From: Endomicrobiales bacterium
GTDB taxonomy: Bacteria; Elusimicrobiota; Endomicrobiia; Endomicrobiales; CAWCFT01
Assembly (NCBI GenBank): GCA_963794945.1
Contig: CAWCFT010000005.1
Span: 1-64,000 of the forward strand
DNA: 64,000 nt
Reading direction: 5' to 3'
Positions 21,597 to 31,354 of this stretch are shown piece after piece. The position numbers and the translations under genes are program-made. The notes beneath the pieces are model-generated. The model did not search any database and had not been told where the DNA came from. It saw nothing but the letters and a program-made list of their open reading frames with translations. Positions within the stretch are counted from its first letter, which is position 1. The number at the start of each line of letters is the position of its first letter.

Positions 21597-21600
21597 AGAT

Positions 21601-22971
21601 CTAATTTCTTGCTTTCGATTTAAAATCGTTAACTAACACCCTTGCACCCGGGTCATCCGGGACATCTTTGGTTAGAGGAATAAGTTCGCACCCATATGAC
21701 TCTATCTTCTTATCTTGCCCTATTTTCAAAATAAGTTTTCCCACGTTCTGTGCATTTTCACCCGCCTGCACTATTATCGTTTTCCCCGACTTGAATGGAG
21801 GGTTTACAAGAGTTTGCGAATGCCCGCCTATGATCAGATCGATATCGGGATAATCCTGCGCAAGCACCTTATCGGCATCGAAACCGCAATGCGATATGAG
21901 AACTAGCAGGTCTGACTTGCCTTTTTGCGAGCTTATGAAGCTTTTGATCGTATCTTTCAGCGGTATTACGGTAACATGTTCGGTTATTTTTTCAGGGTAA
22001 AGTGCAAAGACATCCGGGTCTATAACCGACAATACACTGATCTTTAAGCCGGCCCGTTCAAAATTAAATACTTTAGGCGTTAGCTGTCTGCACTGGCCTC
22101 CATTGCAATAAGAGATGTTGGAAGCCAAAAATGGTATTTTATATTTATCTATTTCTTTTGGAAAAGTATCTAAAGAGAATTCCTGGTCTCCGATCCCTAC
22201 TGCATCATAACCTATCCTGTCAATGAGTTTAAGGACCAGGTCAGCCTGCCTTATCTGGATATACGGAGAGAATAGGTCACCCGAATCAAAGGCAAGGTTT
22301 TCCGGATATTTAGCGCGTTCAGATTTTAAGTAGAATGTCCTTCTTACAAGCCCGCCATACGGGTGTGTCGGACAATCGCAGGATTCAAGATACCCGTTCG
22401 TAGAATTGGTAAAGAACACCGCCAGTTCCTTGTTTTTTTCAACAGGCTCTTTGGTGATCGCATCGAGCTTTGCCGCGATCAACTTATCCGCGTTATCATT
22501 AAAACCTTCTTCTACGTCTTTTACTATCCCTGTACCGGATAGAATAACGAGCCTGGGAATACTCGCGCGCCCGCCTTTATAATAGCCGTAATTTTCACCA
22601 GTAATAGACGCATCCGCGTCCATCAGCACAGGCAATGTCACGGAATTCTTAACTAAGAACTCTTTTAAAGCTTCACGCGTTATGGAATCAATGTTTACAA
22701 GTGTTATATTGACGCCTGTTCTTGCCTTAAGAGCCTGTAGCTTGGGGATCTCTTTCAGGCAGGGTTTACACCAAGTCGCAAAAAAAGATATTATGTGCGG
22801 CTTATTATCAGAAAGCAAGGTATTGAGTGATACTCTTTTACCATCTATATCTTGAAGAACAAATCCGGGGGCTTTCATGCCAAGATCTAAGTCTGCCGCA
22901 CTGACACTCGTGGCAGATAATTGACCGAACAGACACACCGCAACAAAAAAAATATGGCCGATTATTTTCAT
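21601..22971 (-). CDS. TlpA-like redoxin fused to a 5'-nucleotidase/UshA-like metallophosphoesterase domain
   Basis: Signal peptide, FATWCKPC; GYLESCDC...GGLVRR, DSGD, SHCG, GGHS. Confidence 0.85.
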   Translation of the reverse strand: MKIIGHIFFVAVCLFGQLSATSVSAADLDLGMKAPGFVLQDIDGKRVSLNTLLSDNKPHIISFFATWCKPCLKEIPKLQALKARTGVNITLVNIDSITREALKEFLVKNSVTLPVLMDADASITGENYGYYKGGRASIPRLVILSGTGIVKDVEEGFNDNADKLIAAKLDAITKEPVEKNKELAVFFTNSTNGYLESCDCPTHPYGGLVRRTFYLKSERAKYPENLAFDSGDLFSPYIQIRQADLVLKLIDRIGYDAVGIGDQEFSLDTFPKEIDKYKIPFLASNISYCNGGQCRQLTPKVFNFERAGLKISVLSVIDPDVFALYPEKITEHVTVIPLKDTIKSFISSQKGKSDLLVLISHCGFDADKVLAQDYPDIDLIIGGHSQTLVNPPFKSGKTIIVQAGENAQNVGKLILKIGQDKKIESYGCELIPLTKDVPDDPGARVLVNDFKSKARN

Positions 22972-22985
22972 CTAGTTCCCCTCTG

Positions 22986-24425
22986 TTACTTTTCCTCGCC
23001 AACTAGTTTAAGGGCAAGGTCCTTGCAGGCTGATTTTAACTCTTTCGCAGACATAGCGGACTGATCGTAAGACGCCACTATCTTACTAGTCTCAACGTCA
23101 ACAACATTGACTGTTATGTAGTATGTATCCATAAGCTTTGATAACGAACCTACTATCATGTGCCTTACGTTAAGTATCTTCCCTATTTGTACCGCGCATT
23201 CAGATGTTGTACAACCGGACTGCTGGAAAGCTGACTCAGCAAGCACTTTGTCCATATTTGCTTTTTCCACTACGTTGCATTTACCGGTACTGACCAGTTC
23301 AGTGCGAAGGAAATCTGCGACGATAGAAGCGTCTGCCTGTGAAACGTTCTTCCCGGCAAAATCAGCTACGGCTATGTTAGTAACCGGAACAGTCTGCACC
23401 TGGTTTGTGGCCGCAACAGACACAACTGACGCTTCGGCCTTTCTCGTTACTTCTTCCTCAATTAATTTACCGAATTTAAATGACAAACCCACCCTCGAAA
23501 TATTTGAATCGCTGGAGTTACCCGAAGTGATCGTTGAGGCATAATTTAACCCAAATCGTCCGTAATTTAGCCCGAATCCGAACGTTATTTCAGGGTCGCT
23601 GTTTTGAACAGGGATAAACCCGGCCCGCAGGCTGAAATACTTACCAAACATATATTCACCGCCTATTCTAAAACCGCCGGGGTTTGTTGAATCGTTAGAT
23701 ACGCTTTGCATGGCCGCCGCAATTGTGAGGTTCTTCTTTTCAAACATAGTAAGCGCTGCGCCAATATTCATAATTTGCGGCTGGCTTTCTCCGCTGTTAT
23801 CAGAGCTATAAAACTTCATTGTCCCGCCCATATTGCTAAGCGACGCCCCTAAAGAAAAGTAATCTTTTTTATACAAAACGCCTAAATTCATATTGTCGGT
23901 GCTAGCGCTCAGGTTCGCGTTTGGCACTGTAAAACTCATGCTGGTGCTTCCAAAACCCAGGCCGAGCGATAGGCAGTCAAGCAACCGGTAAGATGCTAAA
24001 ATGTTGAAATTTGAATCGTTTTCACCAAGGCTTTGGGATTGCAGGTTCCCGTTACTATCATAATTGTCAACAGTTGAACTCATTGTCAACGACCTGATAC
24101 CGAAACTGAACTTTTTAGAAGGCAACACGAAAGCCATGTAACTGCCATTCATACCTGTAGTGACATTAGTGCCTGTAATACCGAGAATAGGATTGGGAAC
24201 ATAAGACATAGCCGCGGGGTTCCAATATGTGGCTGTTTCATCAAAACAGTTGGCCACGACTGATTCACCCATTGCCTCGGCCCTGGCGCCCTGTCCAATA
24301 AGCAAAAATTGAGCCGTGGGCATGTCGGCATCAGCTTTAACAGAAGCTACAATAATACTCAAAGCAAGAGCAGTAATACACTTTTTAAGCTTAAATTTCC
24401 TAAAAAGTTGCCCGGTAATTTTCAT
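22986..24425 (-). CDS. PorV/PorQ (UPF0164)-like beta-barrel fused to a CsgG/HfaB-like domain
   Basis: GARAEAMGE...YWNPAAM; C-terminal IAVADF...QSGCTTSECAVQIGKILNV...GSLSKL. Confidence 0.8.
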   Translation of the reverse strand: MKITGQLFRKFKLKKCITALALSIIVASVKADADMPTAQFLLIGQGARAEAMGESVVANCFDETATYWNPAAMSYVPNPILGITGTNVTTGMNGSYMAFVLPSKKFSFGIRSLTMSSTVDNYDSNGNLQSQSLGENDSNFNILASYRLLDCLSLGLGFGSTSMSFTVPNANLSASTDNMNLGVLYKKDYFSLGASLSNMGGTMKFYSSDNSGESQPQIMNIGAALTMFEKKNLTIAAAMQSVSNDSTNPGGFRIGGEYMFGKYFSLRAGFIPVQNSDPEITFGFGLNYGRFGLNYASTITSGNSSDSNISRVGLSFKFGKLIEEEVTRKAEASVVSVAATNQVQTVPVTNIAVADFAGKNVSQADASIVADFLRTELVSTGKCNVVEKANMDKVLAESAFQQSGCTTSECAVQIGKILNVRHMIVGSLSKLMDTYYITVNVVDVETSKIVASYDQSAMSAKELKSACKDLALKLVGEEK

Positions 24426-24479
24426 TCTTTTCTCCTGGGGAAATAATAATTTATGTGTTTTTTCAAGTTCATCATCGCT

Positions 24480-25904
24480 TTAGTTAACTATGAGTATCCT
24501 AAATGATCTATTATGTCCATTGTTATCCGACACCCGGACTATATACGTGCCAGACCCCGCCTTCGAACCGCCTTGAACTGTACCATCCCAAGGCTGCACT
24601 ACACCGCTTGAATCTGCCTTAAGTTTCTGAACAAGATTGCCTGCCGGGGTGAATATCTTTACATCCGCACCGGGCGCTACACTCTTAAAATTAATCACAC
24701 CACCCTGTGAAATATTCGCAAATGAAGGATAAGGAAATGCATTATAAGTATTGTTACCATTGCTATTATTATTGCTATTGTTGTTATTATTATTGTTGTT
24801 CCCGTTATTAGTATATGTAAACTCATACATATTGTTATTATCATTTGCTCCATAGACTCTCATCACATTATCATTCCTGCCGCTGCCTATCGCTGCAGCC
24901 CACATTAAATTGCCGCTGTTGCCTAAAGGAGCTTTATTCCATGTATTGCCGCCTACATTTGTGAATTCATAAATGTTGCTGTCATTGCATGCGCCATATA
25001 CGCGCGTAACATTGTCGTTCTCACCAAGTCCTAAAGCAACGCCATTCATAGATTGGCCGCCATTACCTAAACTCACTGTATTCCAAATACCATTTGAATA
25101 AGACCATTCATGCAAATAACCGTCAGCATTCGCGCCATACACATGCGTTATACCGTCACTTCTGCCATTGCCTACCGCAACACCGTTTACAACAGCGGTT
25201 CCGCCTAAAGAAACTTGCGTCCACGAATTATTAGCAGTATTAAATGTAAATTCGCTTAAACCTCCGCCAAAAGCGCCGTACACACGCATTATACCGTCGT
25301 TCCTGCCGTTGCCTACCACAACACTATTCACGGGAGCGCTTCCCAAAATGCCATTGGTTATATTAATTTTATTCCAATTACCAGCAGATGATGAATAGGT
25401 GAATTCATATATATTGCCATCACTGCACGCGGCATATACGTGCATTGAACTATCATTCCTTCCAGCGCCTATTACAACACAATTCATAGAGCTTCCGGCC
25501 CCGCCACTGCCCATAGATGATTTAGCCCAACCATTGGGATTTGCTATTGTTATATTGGCTGGCGCGTAAGAGTATTCATAAATGTTGCCGTCACCACATG
25601 CGCCATAAACATGTATTGACCCGTCGTTCCTACCATTGCCTATTGTTACACTATTCATAGAACTTCCTCCGTTGTTTACAAGAGGGGATCCGTTCCATGC
25701 GCTTCCAGCATAACTGAATTCATATATGTTTCCGTCAACATTCGCCCCATAGAGACGCGTTATATTGTCATTCTTGGCAGCGCCTAAAGCGACACTCTTC
25801 ATATGGTTAGTGCCATTGCCTATCATAACCTGATTCCAACTGGCTAAAACCTGTGAATAAAGTAGAACAAGTAATAAAATTGGAAGAAAAATAAATCTTT
25901 TCAT
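24480..25904 (-). CDS. Secreted 7-repeat beta-propeller protein with T9SS/FlgD-like C-terminal domain
   Basis: Seven ~47 aa GxGRND..RVYGA..DGNIYEF repeats, Asn-rich linker, YPS...IFTPAGNLV...WDG...GSGTYIV. Confidence 0.8.
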   Translation of the reverse strand: MKRFIFLPILLLVLLYSQVLASWNQVMIGNGTNHMKSVALGAAKNDNITRLYGANVDGNIYEFSYAGSAWNGSPLVNNGGSSMNSVTIGNGRNDGSIHVYGACGDGNIYEYSYAPANITIANPNGWAKSSMGSGGAGSSMNCVVIGAGRNDSSMHVYAACSDGNIYEFTYSSSAGNWNKINITNGILGSAPVNSVVVGNGRNDGIMRVYGAFGGGLSEFTFNTANNSWTQVSLGGTAVVNGVAVGNGRSDGITHVYGANADGYLHEWSYSNGIWNTVSLGNGGQSMNGVALGLGENDNVTRVYGACNDSNIYEFTNVGGNTWNKAPLGNSGNLMWAAAIGSGRNDNVMRVYGANDNNNMYEFTYTNNGNNNNNNNNSNNNSNGNNTYNAFPYPSFANISQGGVINFKSVAPGADVKIFTPAGNLVQKLKADSSGVVQPWDGTVQGGSKAGSGTYIVRVSDNNGHNRSFRILIVN

Positions 25905-25951
25905 GAGTGTTCACATCTCCAGCCGATATTATTAGAAAATATGAAAAACCA

Positions 25952-27746
25952 TCATTTTACTAATAGAATTTTGAATGTCTTGCTGTTTCCCTTATCATCT
26001 GAGGCCCGAACTATGTATGTGCCCGAACCTGCCTTCCCACCGCCTTCTATTGTGCCGTCCCATGGCGGCACAACGCCGTTTGAATCCGCTTTGAGTGTCT
26101 GGACGAGATTGCCGGCAGGCGTGAATATTTTTAATGACGCGCTTGGCGTAATGCTGGCAAAATTGATAGTTCCGCCTTGCGAAATGTTCGCAAAAGACGG
26201 GTAAGGATGAGCGTTGCTAAGCGTACCCTGGCCGCTATTATTATTGCTGAATATTGTCAATTGAGATCTTTGAAGTTCAACACCGGTTGCAGTCAAATTA
26301 GATGAGTTATACGCTTCAAACCAATAGTTGTATGTTTGTGGAGGAGTAGGCGGATTAGTAACAACATAGTTATATACATATTCCACCCCGTTGAAATAAT
26401 TGTTAGGTGTTTGAGTGGGTATTCTGGGTCATAACGAACGGGCTATTAGGTATTTCAAGGTTGGGAGATGAAATGCCCTCAATGTGAATCCTTGGATAAC
26501 CGGCCAGGGGTGGAAGGCCGCCTGGATCCTGGTAAAATACCGCAAAGTTTACTACTGACCCTATAGCCGCCGAAGGCTGTTTCACGCCGTTAGTAAAACC
26601 TTGTTGCCAGCTTAACACAGGAGAGGTATTAGTAACAGTGCTGGTACTAACTACGGCACTGGAGAACGAGAACTCATCTATATTGTCATTGTCATCCGCG
26701 CCGTAAACTCTTATAAAATTATCATTCCTGCCAGCCCCTACGCTTACTTTGTGCAGTATGTTCCCGCCCATGCCTATATTGGTACCGGCCCATGTTCCGT
26801 TCGAATAAGTGTATTCGTACATCGTGTCGTCCCCGCGGGCAGCATACACATGCATCTGGCCGTCATTTCTACCTGTGCCTACCACGACACTATTAATACT
26901 GGTCCCGCCATTTCCCATACTTACCTGGTTCCATGCGCTACTTGAGCTTGAGTATGTACATTCGTAAATATAACCGTTGCTACCCGCGGCGTAAACGCGG
27001 TTAAAACCGTCATTCCTGCCCGGCCCTATGGCAATACCGTTCAAGCCTGATCCACTGGTGACCAAACTTGCTGATGACCACGAACCGTTTGCAATACTCC
27101 AGCTGTATTCATAGATCATACCGTTAGCGCCGGCGCCATATACCCGTGTAAAGTTGTCATTCCTGCCCGGGCCGATCTTAACGTCGTTCAAAAATATGCC
27201 GGCCTGCAGGGTTGTTTGAGACCACAGCGGGTTGGCTCCGGTATAAGTGTATTCAAAAATACCTGCGCCTCCGCACGCGCCATAGACCCGCATCATGCCG
27301 TCACTTCTTCCCGGCCCCACGGCAACGCTGTTTACTGGCCCGCCGGCAGAACCTCCGGTCACGCTTATTTTGTTCCACGGACTACCTGTAACACCTGTAA
27401 ACGTAAACTCATAGATGTTCCCGTCAGCGTTTGCGCTATAAACATGCATTTGAGGTGGGATTTCGCTCCTGCCAAACCCTGCTGTGACATCGTTCATGTT
27501 CTGTACTCCGCTACCCACAACTGCAGGAGGCGACACCCACGCGTTGTTCGCATAACTGAACTCATATATATTGTCGTCAGCGCATGCGCCGTATACGCGA
27601 ACTACACCGTCATTTCTTCCTGAACTAACAGCTACGGAGAACATATGGTTCGCTCCGCCGCCTAAATTTAAACTACTCCAGCCAGCCAAAACCCGCGAAG
27701 AAAATAGAATCATAAATAAAACTGTCAGGAAAACATGTCTTTTCAT
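25952..27746 (-). CDS. Paralogous beta-propeller protein with an extra domain and the same C-terminal domain (frameshift near 26405)
   Basis: Seven matching repeats in ORF 26403-27764; near-identical C-terminal domain in ORF 25952-26386; PNNYFNGVEYVY bridges the frames. Confidence 0.8.
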
Positions 27747-27797
27747 GCATACCACACTTTTCATCTAAGGTGTCCGCCATTAGTGGCAGGAAGTTTT

Positions 27798-28676
27798 TCA
27801 GCGCCCCTGTCTAAGTTCATCCCTTTGACTCCCTATCTTCTCTCTTAGTTGATCTCTTTGGTCTTTTATTCCCATAACCCTGTCAAGTGCTTCCTGCCTG
27901 ACTTTGTCGAGGTATTCGGGTTTGGTACGTTTGAGTTTTTCCCGAAGTTCCTGAACTCGTCCCTTGAGTTCGTTAAGCCTATCCTTATTCTTCTGCATCA
28001 ATAATGAAAGTTTCGAAGGCGGTTTTGGAGGCTCACCCATCGCTATTGTAGTTTGTTCATCAGGCTTAACGCTTACAAGCGGCGTCACGTCATTTTGGGC
28101 CGTCGAACTTGACAGTTCAATATCTTCGCCACTTTTTTCTGACGCGGAACTTACTGCTACTTCGCCATCGAAAACTCCTACATCCGCAGACTGGGAGCTA
28201 ACCTCTACGGCGAACTCCGTGCCGCGCACGGATATAACCGCCGTTGGACATTTTATTCTCATTTTTGTAGATGGTGACTTCTTGATGTTATTGAGGAGTT
28301 TCCCGACCCAGAGGCCGAGAGTAGTGGAGTGTTTTTCCTGCGTTATTTCTATGTATTCAACCGAAGCTTGCGTATTCTGGTCTACGAATATCAGCGAACC
28401 ATCATCGATCTCGAGGTTACACGAAGAATTAGCCTGTGTCCTGATCTTGTCTTTTAACTGCAAAGGAAGCCCGTCTATTGCTTTAAACCACAGCGTCCTG
28501 CCTGCCTTTTGTACCTCAACCACGCCTTTAACCTGAGATATTTCACCAGGAAATTTACTGCAAAATGCTTTCCCGGAAAAAACCAGCACACCTGAATAAA
28601 GAATAGCGAAGAGTACGGCCGTTTTTCTCATGTGACAAAACATTTTCCCTCCATCGATCATTCGATATTTTATCAA
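27798..28676 (-). CDS. FecR domain protein with coiled-coil C-terminus
   Basis: DKIRT...DGS, PTAVISVRGTEFAV, VFDGEVAV; true start may be a later Met. Confidence 0.85.
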   Translation of the reverse strand: MIKYRMIDGGKMFCHMRKTAVLFAILYSGVLVFSGKAFCSKFPGEISQVKGVVEVQKAGRTLWFKAIDGLPLQLKDKIRTQANSSCNLEIDDGSLIFVDQNTQASVEYIEITQEKHSTTLGLWVGKLLNNIKKSPSTKMRIKCPTAVISVRGTEFAVEVSSQSADVGVFDGEVAVSSASEKSGEDIELSSSTAQNDVTPLVSVKPDEQTTIAMGEPPKPPSKLSLLMQKNKDRLNELKGRVQELREKLKRTKPEYLDKVRQEALDRVMGIKDQRDQLREKIGSQRDELRQGR

Positions 28677-28765
28677 GTTGTGAGAGACACATATTTAACT
28701 GATATTTCAATACGCTTATGCAACCTGAGTATATTATAGCTCAAGTCACCAATATAGTCTATGAT

Positions 28766-30784
28766 TTATTTTCCGAACAACCCTTTTAATTGTTCCTGGG
28801 CTTTTTTCTGGATTTCATCTTCTGCTTTCTTTTTTGCATCGTCTTCAGCATTTTTCTTTTCGGCGTCTGCCTGATCCTGCAGCTTCTGTTTTTCGGCATC
28901 AGCGGCTATTTGTGCTTGTTTTCTCGCGTTATCCGCAAGATTCTTAGCCTCATTTTGTTTCGAATCCTGCATCTTTTTCAGGCCATCTATCTTATCCTGC
29001 GCCTCTTTCTGTTTACCTGAGAACATCTGAGCTAATTCATTCTTTTTTGAGTTGTACTGTGACATAACTTCAGCTTTCTTATCGTTCGTTAGCCTGTCGA
29101 CTTCGGATCTTATTTTATTCTGCACTTCTGCAATCTTTTCACCATACAACTTTGCAAGCCTGTCTGACAGAGTTTTGTCTATGTTTGATGTTACTGACAT
29201 GTCGATCTTTTCCAACGTTCCGGTCAGCTTCGCTGTAACAGATATGCTGTCAACTCCAGCCCAAAGCGACGCGACCATAGACTTTGTTTCGTCATTTTTA
29301 TCAGATTCCGGGAGTTTAATGCCTGTAAGTTCTATGTCAATGGAAGCGTTGATATTGTCACCTTTAAGTGTAAAAACGCCGTTGACCTTGCCTTCACCTT
29401 TATCGAAAGCTGGCAGGTATTCGGACTGAGGAAGGTTCATCTCCTTTGCGGTGAGGCCCGAGTAAACAAAACTAAATGTATCTAACGCGTCTTCTTCGCT
29501 TCTGTGATCAAAAACGCCGTTGATCTTAAGTGTTTTAACGGCCTGAACTCCGTTTACATCGAATTTTGTTGGCCTGCCGAGCAGCGACTGGTCTGAGGTT
29601 ATATCGTTGATCTCACCTGTAAAGTCGAGCGGCACGCCTTCCTTTCCATCGCCGCCTGTCGTACCCGTAAGAGTAACTTTAGAAATTAGGAAATCAGGAG
29701 GATTGTCCTGCTTTGAAAATCTCACATCGGTCCCATTTTCTCTTTGGACAGTTGTGGTGTTACTGTTCTTCTTTTTCGGCGGCATGTATTTTCTAACGAC
29801 TTGAACGTAATATATGGCTTTTTCCACCCTGGCCATCCAAACCGGGCCGAATATTGATTTTGCAATGCCTCCGGTTGAGAATGACTGGATCTTGTACTTG
29901 TCTGACAATGCCTTTATGTCTTTATCCTTAAGATCGTTGATCTTCGCAGCTATGTCTTTATCTGTCCCAAAATCAGCTTCTGCCCGCGCCTTGAGGCCGT
30001 TGATCTGGTCGAGGCTTTTCTGAAGATCATCTTTAGTCTTATTAAGGGCGTCCAGCTTTGACTTAAGAGCCTCTGCGTCCTTTGGGCTTGATATCTTTAT
30101 GTTGCTGAGATCAGAGATCTCGAACGAAGCTTCTTTCGCTTTCGCGGCCGTGTCTATCCCATTTATCTGTTCCTGATAACTGGCGCACTTGTCGCCAAAA
30201 CCTTTCTGCATCGCGTCGAGCTCTCTGATAGACTGTAAATCCTCCGCTGAAACGGTTTTATCCAAACTGAAATCCTTAAACTGGTCCTGGACGCTTTTAA
30301 CATTACCCATGGCCGGCAGTTGAGTGATCTCAGATTTACCTTTTTCTGTTAATTTATCCGTGAGTTTTGAAAAGAAGCTATTACTATTCTCCTTCTTTTG
30401 CTGTTTTACATATTTAGCCTGCTTTGCAGGAGGCAAGGCACCAGATGTTTCGCGCTTCGTGCCCCACTTAACGCCTTCCACCGACATTTCATTGATTATT
30501 AACTTCATAGATAAAAGCGGTGCGAACCTTACTGAAAACCTTATGTCACCAATATCAAAGATATTCTTAAAAACATCGTTCTTATCAGCAGCCTTAAGCC
30601 CGTTGATGTCTATCGATAAGTTCTTGAACTTGGTCTTAACGCTCGAGACCTCTACCTTCGCGCCGAATATCATCTCTCCAGCCGAAATAATTGAACTCTT
30701 AAGCACCATATCAAGAAATAGAATATTGAATACAACAATAAGCGCAGTAATTACGACTGATGGTATAAAGTATTTCCAGCGCAT
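28766..30784 (-). CDS. TIGR03545 family (AsmA-like) protein
   Basis: MRWKYF start, GAKVEV, GTKRETSGAL, helical insert; adjacent to a TIGR03546-like gene. Confidence 0.75.
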   Translation of the reverse strand: MRWKYFIPSVVITALIVVFNILFLDMVLKSSIISAGEMIFGAKVEVSSVKTKFKNLSIDINGLKAADKNDVFKNIFDIGDIRFSVRFAPLLSMKLIINEMSVEGVKWGTKRETSGALPPAKQAKYVKQQKKENSNSFFSKLTDKLTEKGKSEITQLPAMGNVKSVQDQFKDFSLDKTVSAEDLQSIRELDAMQKGFGDKCASYQEQINGIDTAAKAKEASFEISDLSNIKISSPKDAEALKSKLDALNKTKDDLQKSLDQINGLKARAEADFGTDKDIAAKINDLKDKDIKALSDKYKIQSFSTGGIAKSIFGPVWMARVEKAIYYVQVVRKYMPPKKKNSNTTTVQRENGTDVRFSKQDNPPDFLISKVTLTGTTGGDGKEGVPLDFTGEINDITSDQSLLGRPTKFDVNGVQAVKTLKINGVFDHRSEEDALDTFSFVYSGLTAKEMNLPQSEYLPAFDKGEGKVNGVFTLKGDNINASIDIELTGIKLPESDKNDETKSMVASLWAGVDSISVTAKLTGTLEKIDMSVTSNIDKTLSDRLAKLYGEKIAEVQNKIRSEVDRLTNDKKAEVMSQYNSKKNELAQMFSGKQKEAQDKIDGLKKMQDSKQNEAKNLADNARKQAQIAADAEKQKLQDQADAEKKNAEDDAKKKAEDEIQKKAQEQLKGLFGK

Positions 30785-30836
30785 GCCATTCCTCCTGCTC
30801 TTCGGCAGGCCCGCCGGTGAGGCGAGCAATTAATTT

Positions 30837-31352
30837 CTATTGTTTGTATTTATCATATATATTAAACGCCGATGTCACGTTGAACAGTTTCATGATCTTC
30901 CACTGCGCTACCTTATCCTTGAAATGTGCGCGATAATAATCGATGAATTTGAGCGTTAGAAAGTAAACAGGCAAGATGAGGACGATAGATATGATAAAGC
31001 TGCCCAGAACGACAGTGTTGTAGAACCTTGTGAAAGGGACCAGCGGCATGTTGTAGAGGGTTGTCCAGAAAGGCGTTAGTGATTTGGTATTCACTAGAAG
31101 AAGATAACCTATTCTGTCGGCCAAAGGGTCTAATAGGAGTGTGAGCATTGCGAATATGCCGGTAGAAAGTGTCGCAGCGCCCATATTTACGTTTAGCATT
31201 AGTATAACTATTAGAAAAATATAGCTCTGCAGGCATTTTACAGGCGCGAAACCAAGTATCATTCCAAGCGCCGCCCCCCATGCCACCTGCTTCGGGGATA
31301 TCTCCGACTGCAGGATCGCTACGATCTGTTTTAACAAATTGATCCAAAGCAT
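30837..31352 (-). CDS. TIGR03546 family membrane protein
   Basis: SPKQVAWG..LG..LGF.P, PFTRFYNTVVLG. Confidence 0.8.
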   Translation of the reverse strand: MLWINLLKQIVAILQSEISPKQVAWGAALGMILGFAPVKCLQSYIFLIVILMLNVNMGAATLSTGIFAMLTLLLDPLADRIGYLLLVNTKSLTPFWTTLYNMPLVPFTRFYNTVVLGSFIISIVLILPVYFLTLKFIDYYRAHFKDKVAQWKIMKLFNVTSAFNIYDKYKQ

Positions 31353-31354
31353 GT

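Noticed and set aside
21380..22400. Selenocysteine in the redox proteins
   Set aside because: The CxC and CxxC motifs use Cys codons; no in-frame TGA at those positions.
24480..27746. Diversity-generating retroelement template/variable repeat pair
   Set aside because: No reverse transcriptase in the window, and differences between the paralogous C-termini are not adenine-specific.
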